A stretch of 64,000 bases of DNA from Xylographa opegraphella (Eukaryota): NCBI GenBank assembly GCA_022813865.1, contig JALDZX010000005.1:372001-436000 (forward strand), read 5' to 3'. The position numbers were made by a program, and so were the translations under genes. Below are positions 26,628 through 37,265 of this stretch, one piece after another. Positions within the stretch are counted from its first letter, which is position 1; every line of letters begins with the position of its first letter. Under the pieces are notes generated by a model that ran no database searches, was not told the DNA's origin, and worked only from the letters and a program-made list of their open reading frames with translations.

Positions 26628-29600
26628 TCACAGCTGCCCGTGGCGAGCCTTGAATATCGATACCTTGTCATCATAAAACAGTATCTCTCGAAGCTTCAGT
26701 TGTCGTTTGTTTTCTTCGGCCACCTCCCCATCATCATCGTCTGAAGATGCGTCGCTACCATCTTGATTATCCGAATCATTCCCATCTGGATTCACAAACG
26801 CTGAAGTAACCTGATCTCCCCCGTCGTCCTCGACTTCATCGTCGCCGTTATCATCATCTGTCTCGCTGTCCTCATCAGAGTTGCCCGTAACGACCCCACC
26901 GAGACCATGACCAGCAGGAGTAGCCGAAGAGTCACCGTATACAAATAGCGGATCATCGCTCTGCTTACTTTCTAATATCTCAAAGCATTTCGCTGCGATT
27001 CCTAAATAGCAAAGCTCGATTTCGGGACGAAGAGCCACAATGTCGACTACTTGAAGAGCAAGTTCCCTGGCATCAAGTTCGTGGCCATGAACGTGATCTG
27101 CCATATATGGTATGTAAAGGGAGCGAAGGTGCGACACCTGGGGCAGCCGTTGGAGGAAGAAGTGCTAGGTGTCCAATTAGCGGGAATACTTCGACGGGTA
27201 ACTATACCATACCCAATGTCGGTGCTCCAAAGTAATTGCAAGCTCTCGTAAGCAAGACATCTTGCCGCTTGTGATGAAACCAAGGACCTCTGTATTGAGC
27301 ATCCACTTCTTCCACTTGGTAGTTCGTGTAGGTCCGATCGATCCCCGATCCCCACTATCAATCATGACCTTCTTGAGACTTTCTCGATGACGTCTTAAAG
27401 GACCTTTGTAGATTGCGTCAACCGTGACTTTGGACGCTGACCGGCCCCTTTCTTGTAAGAACATCCACTCGAGGCTATTAGGAGCAAGAGCCTCCTTCAA
27501 GAACGTTATGAGTGACGTAGATACATTGTTCGTATGTATTCGCTTCAATCGCAGGGCATAATCCGACGATGATGGTAACATTAGCTTTTTAGTTTGATCT
27601 CGTGACAAACGAATGTCACTTGGATTTTGGGAACAGAATGCTGGCATTTTAGTCGTGCGTGGTGTATATTTTCTTCTGAGCGCTTTCCAAAGCTCCTCGT
27701 CTGACTCGCAATTGAGAAGTGTAAGCGTTGTGAGAACAGTCCAATCTATAGTTTTTTGCATGATCGGTACACACATTGGTATCTTCTCCAGTTCTAGTGT
27801 CTCCAGCCTAAGGATCTTTGGCTCGGGGAGAAGACTTCCAGTCATAATCGATGATGTTTGATGAGAAATGCTTGGCGTTTCCGATGCTATCTTAACGGCA
27901 TTCTCCGCACAGGGCACTGATGAAATATTTACTCTGATTGGAAGTGAACTTGCGGACATCTCACGTGGCGTGGAGGGTACTGAGGCAGAACTCGATCTGA
28001 CTATTATCGCAGGTGAAGCACCAAGGATGTCTTCTTCCACATTTCCTACTAGAAGCTGGTTGGATACTACAGACTCGTTTATTCGCGAAATCTCCTGCGG
28101 TAAGACAGCTGATTGTTCGAAAACTGGTATATTGAAAGAGCTCTCACCAATACTATTGGACATCTCAGCAGTAATCGTCTGTTGTGTAGATGTTGAAAGG
28201 TTGATATTTGGGTTATCGGCCACAAGCTCGGCCTCTGCTTGTTTCGTGGATTCATTACGGGCTCCTGGGTTTCGTTTTGCGTCGAGCCACCGACAATCGT
28301 ATATTTTGCTCATGATCATACCAAAAAGGCCTCCAGAAGTAGCATAATCTACGGGGACTTCTGTATGGTTTACCTGAGAAGCACCTGTATCTGTAGGTAA
28401 AAGATTTTTTTCATTGAACCATGATGTAAGTCCTAGCCGCAGTTCTCGAAGACTGTCAGCGGAGCGCTCGATGAGTATTGACAGCTCGTCCAGATAGGCA
28501 AGTTCGTCTACGTCTAAGACTGTTACGCTCTTCAATGCCGGGAGTATAGAAAAGTTCGGATGCTCCACGGTATGATACGATCTTGCAAGTATCGCTTTCC
28601 CAGCAGCGTCCATAGGTGTAGCATTGTGTTCACCGACACTTGCTGCAAAATACGTAGACTGCGGAGCGAGCCCCGCCAAGGTAGCTTGAGCATTTAAAGG
28701 AGATGGTGGGAGCGATCCTGTCATCTGAGTATCGGTGGCCGTAGCCATACTCCTGTTGTCGTGCCATCTTATCCATATCCTCTCAAGCCTGGGCTCTTTA
28801 CCATCGTGACGGTCGCCCAGAGACGCCAACGCTGACCACACATCTCGCAATATTCCTGTCGGCATATCCCAGACGAAGGTCTCCAGATTTGGCATACGTG
28901 CAACTGCTAAAGCTACTAATGTGCCTAGCATCTTTCCACTTTCTTTGGAGATTAGATATTCCTGTACCCATTCAGGTGGCCCATTTCCTAACGAAAATTT
29001 TCTAGTATGTTCGGCAAAGTTGTTGCCTCTGCGACGACTTCTGAGAGCTATACTCTTGTTTTCCGGCACAGCTTTGGCGCGATTCGACTTGCCACAGTGT
29101 GTACAATAGTCGTTATGTCCGCAAAATTGTGATGCTGTATTCCGAAAAGTTCCTTCTGACATTACTAAAGTTGACAAACCGTAGGTCAATGCATCAACAC
29201 CAGTCCTTGGATCTGTCGTAACCTGGGTTTCTGGCCACACTATATCGAATCTAGAATAAATGTATGGAATTGCCAAGTTGTTCAAAGCAGAATGAGTCAA
29301 GGCAAGTGAGGTGAGATCGTTTGTGTGCGTGATCTGCTATACTGTCAGAAGTTGTAGTATACATAAGGATACAGAGGTTCAACCTCTTTGATAATCTCCT
29401 TGAGAATGTCCACCGGAAGATCAAGCAGTTGCAGTGGTGCCCGCTTCTCTATGGTTGGAGTCGCTGCTGCATCCTGCCCTTCCAAAAGTTGTGCCATCTG
29501 CTCTGTTGATCCTGAAAATATTGGAGAACCTGCACTACAAGGCATCCTCTGAGCATCTATGGGTAGGAACGCTGGGCTGGATGTGTCCGCATGTCTTTCA

Positions 29601-29686
29601 TCCACGCTACCAGGGTCAAGAATCTCTGATGCCTTTGTCCTGGTCTCGGAGGTTGCACTCAGTGGAATAGAATTTTCCACAAGCAT
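26628..29686 (-). CDS. conserved fungal F-box protein
   Basis: F-box LLDLPVDILKE then ITHTNDLTSLALT after intron 29383-29334; IYSRFDIVWP, VDALTYGL, FSLGNGP; intron 27212-27165; C-terminal LREILFYDDKVSIFKARHGQL. Confidence 0.85.
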
Positions 29687-31430
29687 CTTTGATATTGCCC
29701 GACGAAATAAGAAGTGCCAAGCAAAAAGCCTCGGAACGGTCAGGCTGGTCTTGTGCTGGACGCCTGGTCGCAATGCACCTTGAGGTGGTGGTGCCGCCCA
29801 TGCGGCAAACTTGGATTCTGGCCTCTGTTACTGTGAAACAGTTACATAATTCGGCATACCAATATATATCTCGGGGAAGGAATTCGGCTTTGATAAAGAA
29901 TAAAGGTGAGCCTTCACCGCACAGAGCTCGAATGTGGATCGTGTTGTTTGAGCAACCGATCATGGATCTAGACCAATGTAGTTAGCCTAGGCATTTTTGT
30001 GCTATCCAGATTGCCTAAGCCCCTTGAGCTCTAGCTCGGTACACTGTACACTGGGAGAACAGGTTACACGTGCCGGGGCGTCGTCCAGGCTTTCCTCAGG
30101 TACCTGCATAACGAAGATCAACTCATGCTGACTCGGGCACTCTATAGGACCTCATTTGCTCGATCGGCGAATAATAACTGGCTCCTCTGGTCCCTGCCAT
30201 GGAGCGTGAGCGACATGGGAAGGTGGATTCCCATGACATTCATCTCTTTGCTCGTATTTTCTCCCACACAATGCGCCATCTACTCAATGGGTCGGACGCG
30301 ACATAAAGAACATATTGCATTATCCTCTTGGACGAAGTATCGAGAACAGTGAATTGTTTGGAAGAGTATGGTCCCAGTGACCAAGAAGTGCAAGCTTAAG
30401 CACTTCAAGACGGCAACAATGATGTTCCGTCTAAACTTCAACCTATCTCCTCCTCAGAACCAGCCGTATTCGAGCATCTTACGAAGGGCGGCGTTTCAAA
30501 AGCCTCACTTCAGGGAGCTCTTCTCCCTGCACTCTCCTTCCTCGGCTTGGTGATTACAATTCTGAATCGTGGAATTATAACATTGTTTGATAGCCGTTTT
30601 ACGGTACTATGAAAGGGTAAAGATAAGCTGAAACATAGCCAGATGCTCACGCCTATTGTCACTCACAAAGGTACCGAAGCTTCTGTGCCTGTCTATATCT
30701 TGTGGTTCTGCAAACTTTCTGTGCTGGAAGGATATCGTGCAGCACTTTTGAACGACCTTGGAATGATCCAAAGGCTGATGATGTACGAATGCAAAGTCGA
30801 TCGCGTGGCGTCTTCCACAAACTTATGACTACATAATTCTTTGACTTAGTCGGAGGAATATTTCTAACAGCACCTGGAATAATAAACGAAAAAGAACTAG
30901 TATTGGGAACGGTTTCTGGCCTGCAGGCGATCTTCAACCGTCTTATCCGAACGTTGATTTGCTGTCTGTACGAAACTGGATCGTGCACAAAGCAAAATAG
31001 TTCTTCTTGCACACATAGTGCCGATCAAGATCGGGCTAGCGATTTCCTGCAAGCAGACCCGCTAAAGTCAGAGGCGGATAGCTAATCGTGACAACGGTGT
31101 TTAATGGTGCTTGTCTGAGACCGTTTGGCCCTTGTGTCAGGGTGCGAGGCTGATTATGGGCATAGCTTCGGCTGTTGAGTACGCGGTGATGCGCAGTGAT
31201 GCGTAGTATAGTATGCTAAGAAAAATTTCCTTTCTCCAGTAAGTGGATCTAATTCAAGCACGCCGGATTTCTCCTTCTAGTTCTAACTCCTTCTATGGAT
31301 ATTCCCAACCTATGACCTGTGCTAGCCAGAATAATCACGCTCGCTAATCTCAACATGCCTTAATTTGATCCCTTTTGCTCTTAGTCTGTCGCGGTGTGAG
31401 CAAAGCTTCTTGTTGTGAGTAGTGTTGGGA

Positions 31431-32367
31431 TCAAACCTTGCTTTGCGGGAAATATCCACTCTCGTTCCAGAGATTTTGCTTCGCGGCTTTCAGTTCACGT
31501 TGCTCGGTCTGTGATAGCGGTGTTTCACTGCCTTTGCGTCTCTGTCTTGAGGCCACTGTCTCGACGATACCGGCATTATCGCCGCTATCATTGGCAAATA
31601 TGTATGATCGGAACTCCGTGTTGGCCCAGCCAGTTCCTGCGATGAGGTCAGCTTTTATAGATTTCCACAAGGATCCTAAACAGACCGTGCAACAAGGTAC
31701 TGTCCGACCAATCCTCGGTCAGGAAGTGCAGAAAACCTTCTTTGGTTTAGTGGAACCTCTTTGGTGCAATCATCTGAGCCGACTTACCACCATGGGTGAC
31801 AAGCACGATATCCTTCTCCGGTCTGGCCTTCAACCACTGCCTTACCTCCCTGGCTCGTTTCTCCACGATTTCCGCATCCGCTGCCCATTTACCCTTGTTG
31901 CTGGTCCAATCTTCTTTCACGAGGCTGAAATCTATTGGGTGGTCGCGGAACTCTTCTTCTAGAATGTGGACATCGCTACCGGTATCACATGGGATGTCGG
32001 CTAGCTCCTGCGCTTCAGGCAGCGCGATGATTGCCAGCCCTCTTTTCAGCTCGGGCTGGAAGCCTAGCAATGTGGTATACAGGGTACGACGAAGTGGAGA
32101 TGCGACAAGAAGGTCGACGGAGCTGTGGTAAGGAAAGTCCTGGCCGAGCTGGTAGCACTGAGCTTCGCCGAGAGGGGTGAGAGAGGGATCATGTATCGAC
32201 TGGTTTTCAACACAGAGATTGTGGTAACCCTGCAAGGTCAGTGATATGACGAAGCCAGATTATCGTCTTCCTACCTGAGCGTGGCGGACAAAATGCACCG
32301 TAGGAGACACTGTGTAAGTGAATGTTAGCTCTGCGATGGCCTTAATGTTGGGAGCGCAAGACTTACT
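31431..32367 (-). CDS. phosphoglycerate mutase-like histidine phosphatase
   Basis: Spliced MSPTVHFVRHAQGYHN, DPSLTPLGEAQC, SPLRRT, PCDTGS, VTHGGFLHFLTEDW, GTGWANTEFRSY. Introns 32366-32310, 32274-32230, 31787-31737, 31685-31637. Confidence 0.92.
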
Positions 32368-34306
32368 GTCAGAGCGTCGCGTCGACAACCCAACTACCGA
32401 AGCGAGAGGGAAATATTTGATGAATTTCACAGGATAGTCAGTGGTGGATTAGAGGTGGGCAGAGCGGAAGGATGAGCGGAAGATGAATATTGAGGAAGTA
32501 TGGAGAGAGGTATTGTAGAGACCGTTGGCGAGAAGGGTACCCGTTATCGTCCTACAGAGTCACTTACCTATCATCCCTTCCGTGAAGACCCTTCGGTACT
32601 TCATGCCTCGGAGGCCACACGTCATTGGCCGACTCATTGCTTGCGGGCGCTTAGCGCCGGCAGTAGGCTGAATACCGATACGCGACATTAGGAGTCCCAA
32701 CATGCGCTTTCTGCCTCTAGCGCAGCACTCTTACCGTTGAATAGGGATATATCTTATCATCCCTTCGCCCGCTGTCGGGAGGATCAATTGATCTTTCGGC
32801 AATGTGGCCAATCAAATCACAAGCATGCTGTGGTTCAGATACCTTGCATGCGAGAGGCTATCTGTACTCACTGAAGTTCAAGTCCTGGCTACTCTGTTTC
32901 GGGGATAACGTTAGGGATCAGGCACCCGGGAAGAAGCGAGAATTTGCCAACTTCAAATGATCATGAATTCTATAATGCTTGAAGTCAAATGTATCTATTA
33001 TTCGTTACAGCATAATGGGTTCAATTCCTTTATGCAGAGTTGCACTTTACTACCCATTCAAGTAATCAAACGGTCACCACCCCTGCACGATACATGCTCC
33101 GAATCTGGGTACTGTTACGATCCGTTCTTCTGCAGTTGGCTTTCCTAAGCTTCCAGGACGTTGGGCTTGGTCTCCGAGATAAGCTGTTCAAGGAGTCACA
33201 AGCAGGATCATAGTCTGATTCCAGAACTTGAGGTGACCAAGTCTTCTACACAAGGAGAATCCCCGCTTTATATCTAGGTCCTGCTCCCTGGCGTTCCATA
33301 TGCTCTGAACAAAACAAGCATCATTACATGCTCTGTTGCCAAGTACACGGAGCACGGCCTAAGATTCCGCCGCGCTCTCCTCACCCGCTCGTTAGTGGAA
33401 ACCTCAGTACACGCAGGAAAAGAAAATTAATGAATAAACGGATGAAGTTTAATCGATACTCACTTCTCGTTGAAACGATCGGTGGGTGTTTTTATGCACC
33501 CGCTGATCTTTGCATTGTGTTCGGTGAAATAGAATAAGCTCATGGGCGGAAATCGCAACTTCAAGGTGGTATGAGCTTTAAAGGCTTCTCTGGCTCTTCT
33601 TTACCACTCTTTCCCAATAGGTTGGAGGCATAGACCAACAGCACGTCAAACCGAAGTGCCACAAACCATTCGGCCACGGGTGGATGAGAAAGTTAGGGCC
33701 GCCTGAAATGCACACGAGATGTGATATCCGTCTCTAAGGTACCTACCTATGTACATTGCGGAACACCACCCCGAAGCGGCACACATCCCATGGGTAGCGG
33801 ACTTAAGCTGATTTCAAATCCGCGCAACTATTTGTTCCCATTCAGGTATACATAAATAATGTACAGCGGCTGGTCCTGAGCATTTAGTGTCCAATCCGCG
33901 CTTCGCCGAAGTCAGCGTACGGGCGAGATTCACTCCAGCACGTTGGCCCGTTCTCTGCATGAAAGACTAACGCAGGCGTTGTCGACCCCACATTGAACCG
34001 GGCTGGCTGACCACGCACAAGATATTGGTTTAATACACTGGAGCATGCATTCAGGTAGCCACAGAAATGCCACTAATAACTCATCATCAATTCTACATCG
34101 AGGCCGTGGTAATGGGGCACCAGCGCCAGTGGGCTGGAATCAGCCTGCTGGATCGGGTGGAACAAGTCTGCGGAGTTCGATTTCCCTCATCAAAATAAAC
34201 AACTATCCGCAATTGTTTCTGACCTCCAGGGTTCTGCATCACTGCCAACCTAGCAGAATCTACATGCTCGGCTTTTAGTGTTCCTACCAGCGTTTGAGCC
34301 TCAATC

Positions 34307-35474
34307 ATGGAGGTGAATACATTTCTCCCCAGAATATGATGTTGCTAAACAAACCTACCAGGAAGCGGTCCATATGATTTGTGGCTGCGAGATACCGGAA
34401 AAGCTAAGGCCGGCTATTCCATTCGCGCATATCGTGCCCCCAATGTCTATCCAGGCCGGAGTCGAACCTCTCGTTCTGCCCCCAGCTCCGGACTACCTTG
34501 CCCCTTTCAAAAAGTGGAAGAAGCTCGGCAACGATCGTTATGGCGACTGCGTGCCCGTGACATGGGCTAATATGCGGCGGCTGGTAACCTCGAAGCTCAC
34601 CAGCTGCGAGGCCTATCCTTCCATGCATCAAGTGATGGAGCTCTACAATATTCTCAATCCAAGTCTCAATCCAAGTCTCAATCCAAGTCTCAATCCAAGT
34701 CTCAATCCAAGTCTCAATCCAAGTCTCAATCCAAGTCTCAATCCAAGTCTCAATCCAAGTCTCAATCCAAGTCTCAATCCAAGTCTCAATCCAAGTCTCA
34801 ATCCAAGTCTCAATCCAAGTCTCAATCCTGACCAAGGCGTAGCCATTCAGTCACTTCTGGAACATCTCGTCAGAAATGGTGGGCCCGACGGAGTGCGCGC
34901 AATCGCCTTTGCCAAGGTCAAGATCACGGATAACCTGGAAGAGATTCGCATGGCCTTGGCCATATTTGGGAGTGTCTGGGTCGGACTAAAGGTCAACAAG
35001 CAAAACAGGGACGAATTCGACTATCGACAGCCTTGGACCCCTCCGATCAAAAAGCAAGAGACTCCCGAGGGACATTCGGTGCTGGTCGGTGGCTATTTGG
35101 ACAACAGCAATCTGAAGATAGTGACTTGGGGAGATACGGCGCAGCTCACCAAGGCATTCGCTGTATCTCGAATGTATGAGGCCTGGGTGGTGATTTGGCC
35201 GGAACATCTCGGGAGCCGCCGCTTCATGAAGGGCGTGAATCTGAATCGGCTGGGCAGCGAATTCAAAACGCTTACTGCGAGCAGCCTGGCTCTTCCCGAA
35301 GTAAGTCTGAACCGTGTTTATTACATACTCCCACCCGAGCAACAGTCTTCCAAAAATTTCTCGAAATCAACACCATTTCTCCCAAGACCGCATCGCAGGC
35401 AGCATACAGCACTCCTTCTGTACTTGCAATTACCCCAATCTCCAAGGAAAATGCCCTCAAGGGAACTTTGCTAG
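34307..35474 (+). CDS. papain-like cysteine peptidase domain protein with (LNPS)14 insert
   Basis: LGNDRYGDC (Cys 34548-34550), DQG, FGSVWVG, GHSVLVGGY (His 35073-35075), VTWG, EAW. Probable micro-exon ATGGAG 34307-34312 and intron 34313-34361. No signal peptide. Confidence 0.75.
34653..34828. repeat. perfect 12-bp minisatellite (CTCAATCCAAGT)14 + 8 nt
   Basis: 14 identical units 34653-34820 plus partial CTCAATCC; encodes LNPS repeats in frame. Confidence 0.99.
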
Positions 35475-36121
35475 TCGACAACGGTGATCTTTATCTGATT
35501 CGAACAACCGAGACGGGCAATGACTTTGTCGAAATCACTCGTGCATTTGGACCCGCGTACTACGAACTCGAGTATGAAAAGCCAACCGTCACGGTCTTCA
35601 AATCCAAACTCGCCGACCAGGGCGTTTTCACGATCGATAACGACGACTTGTACTTCATCAAGACCAAAGGCACCAGCAGCGGCTTCATCGAAGTCTACTT
35701 CGCCCCTCACGAGCAGTTCTTCAAAGTCATCGAACGATACGTAACCGCCTTCAAAGACTCCATGACGGCGGACCGATACACCGTCAGCGGCGGCGATTTG
35801 TACCTGATCTTCAAAGGCAACCAGCACCGTGAATCCCTCCAGATCTACTGCGCCCGCGGCAACGCGAACTACTTGGCGGGCTCCATTACCTACCAGTCCA
35901 CCGCCGTCCCCTCTGGCACCGCCTTGGACAGCATGAACATCGGCTCGAACGGGGACTTGTACGTGGTGACGTCCGCCGGCACGGAGAGCAAGAGGGTCGA
36001 GGTGTGGGTCGCGCAGGCCCGGGATAACTACGCAAGCTTGTCGCGGTACGCGACTGATTTCGAGGCGCCGCAACAGGTGAGCGCCGCGCAGGCGACGGCT
36101 GCGACTACTTGGATTGTGTAG
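35354..36121 (+). CDS. repeat (beta-propeller-like) domain, probably C-terminal part of the peptidase gene, -1 frame
   Basis: Four clear ~47-50 aa repeats (GDLYLIRTTETGNDFVEI, DDLYFIKTKGTSSGFIEV, GDLYLIFKGNQHRESLQI, GDLYVVTSAGTESKRVEV), strong GC3 codon bias. The first in-frame ATG comes only after two of the clear repeats. Confidence 0.7.
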   Translation, partial: KFLEINTISPKTASQAAYSTPSVLAITPISKENALKGTLLVDNGDLYLIRTTETGNDFVEITRAFGPAYYELEYEKPTVTVFKSKLADQGVFTIDNDDLYFIKTKGTSSGFIEVYFAPHEQFFKVIERYVTAFKDSMTADRYTVSGGDLYLIFKGNQHRESLQIYCARGNANYLAGSITYQSTAVPSGTALDSMNIGSNGDLYVVTSAGTESKRVEVWVAQARDNYASLSRYATDFEAPQQVSAAQATAATTWIV

Positions 36122-36932
36122 ATGTGTCTGGGGTGGCATGGCAGTTTTACAATGATTATCCTAGGGGATGAGATCGATGGTGATGGCCTGCTTGGCTTTA
36201 GCGTAGTTACGCATTTAAAACAATGATTTTTTATGTGAAATCTAATAGAAACCAAAAAGTAGAATTTAATTAAAATAAATTTTTGTAAATACAGTCGTTC
36301 TCTCGATGGCTGAACCGTGCGATCAAAAATGATCCGAGTGCATCAAGTTCAGACGAGTCGGGACTTAATGACAGCGGAAGGTCCCAGCAGGTTGAGATGG
36401 ATGAGGCGATCGTTCATCCTAAACGAGTTAGTCTTGATGCATGTTCTCTGTTTCCACTGCGGAGTACATGCAACGCTTATGCAGCGCTGAAGATATAATG
36501 ACTAGTGTCAAAATTACTCATCGCAGGCTCAATTCGCAAGATCGGTGAGTTTGTCCGACTTGATATCAAGTAGATTTACGATTCAACCTCGCCTTGATCT
36601 ACCAATGGAGATTTCAGGGAAGTCCAGCACCGAGCGAGAGTGGAAATCGGCTTAATGAAAGACGCACGAACAGTGTGACTAAAGATCTCTGGATATAGAC
36701 AGACGCGGGTGTTCAATTTCTTATCTCACGACTAAATAACACACAAAGAAACCTTCTACTTTCGAAGCCAAGTCGCCTCGCCCAAGCCGCCTTGAAAGAC
36801 TGTGCCGCTTCCCGCCCAACCCTGTGACCACGACGTCTCATAGTTCCGAAAGCGGTTGATGATTGGGAATGATCAATTTGCAGGCACCGCATGTCAGCCA
36901 CCGCTTGAAGAGGCGAAAAGCGAGGGAGCGAT

Positions 36933-37265
36933 TTATTTACCGTCGTTGACAGCCTTGGAGGTCCAGCTCCCACTTCCATTAACATTGTTTGCGTCAGCAA
37001 TGGCAGAATTGAGCGAGCCCGTAATCACGACACCATTGTCCAATTTGATGTTGATAGTTTTGTCGCCGATGAGCCCATGCCAGTTCGTCACTCCGGTAAA
37101 ATCGTTATCGGCGTCTTTGTAGGTCACCGTGGCCATGTTGACATCGAACTTGGACATCGCTTTGCTCATCGATGCGGAGTAGATGACCTTGACGCCGTTG
37201 ACGGTGAACGTTGCCTGCCAGGTGGCGGCGGAATTCCAAACAACTGAGCCTTTGGCAGAAGACAT
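36933..37265 (-). CDS. 110-aa all-beta hypothetical protein
   Basis: Intronless ATG ORF with coding-like codon bias and alternating hydrophobic beta pattern ending GSGSW. No signal peptide, no Cys. Confidence 0.75.
   Translation of the reverse strand: MSSAKGSVVWNSAATWQATFTVNGVKVIYSASMSKAMSKFDVNMATVTYKDADNDFTGVTNWHGLIGDKTINIKLDNGVVITGSLNSAIADANNVNGSGSWTSKAVNDGK

Noticed and set aside
30100..31100. 117-aa minus-strand ORF and neighbours
   Set aside because: Non-ATG start, no motif or codon bias.
34653..34828. CRISPR array or interstitial telomere
   Set aside because: No spacers, eukaryotic context, the unit lacks a TTAGGG core, and it sits in frame in a CDS.
34404..34846. Minus-strand ORFs with (IETW)n and (LRLG)n
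   Set aside because: Antisense readings of the minisatellite.
35471..36139. 222-aa antisense ORF (likewise 44226-45008, 45939-46652, 60756-61436)
   Set aside because: Shadows of GC3-rich sense genes.
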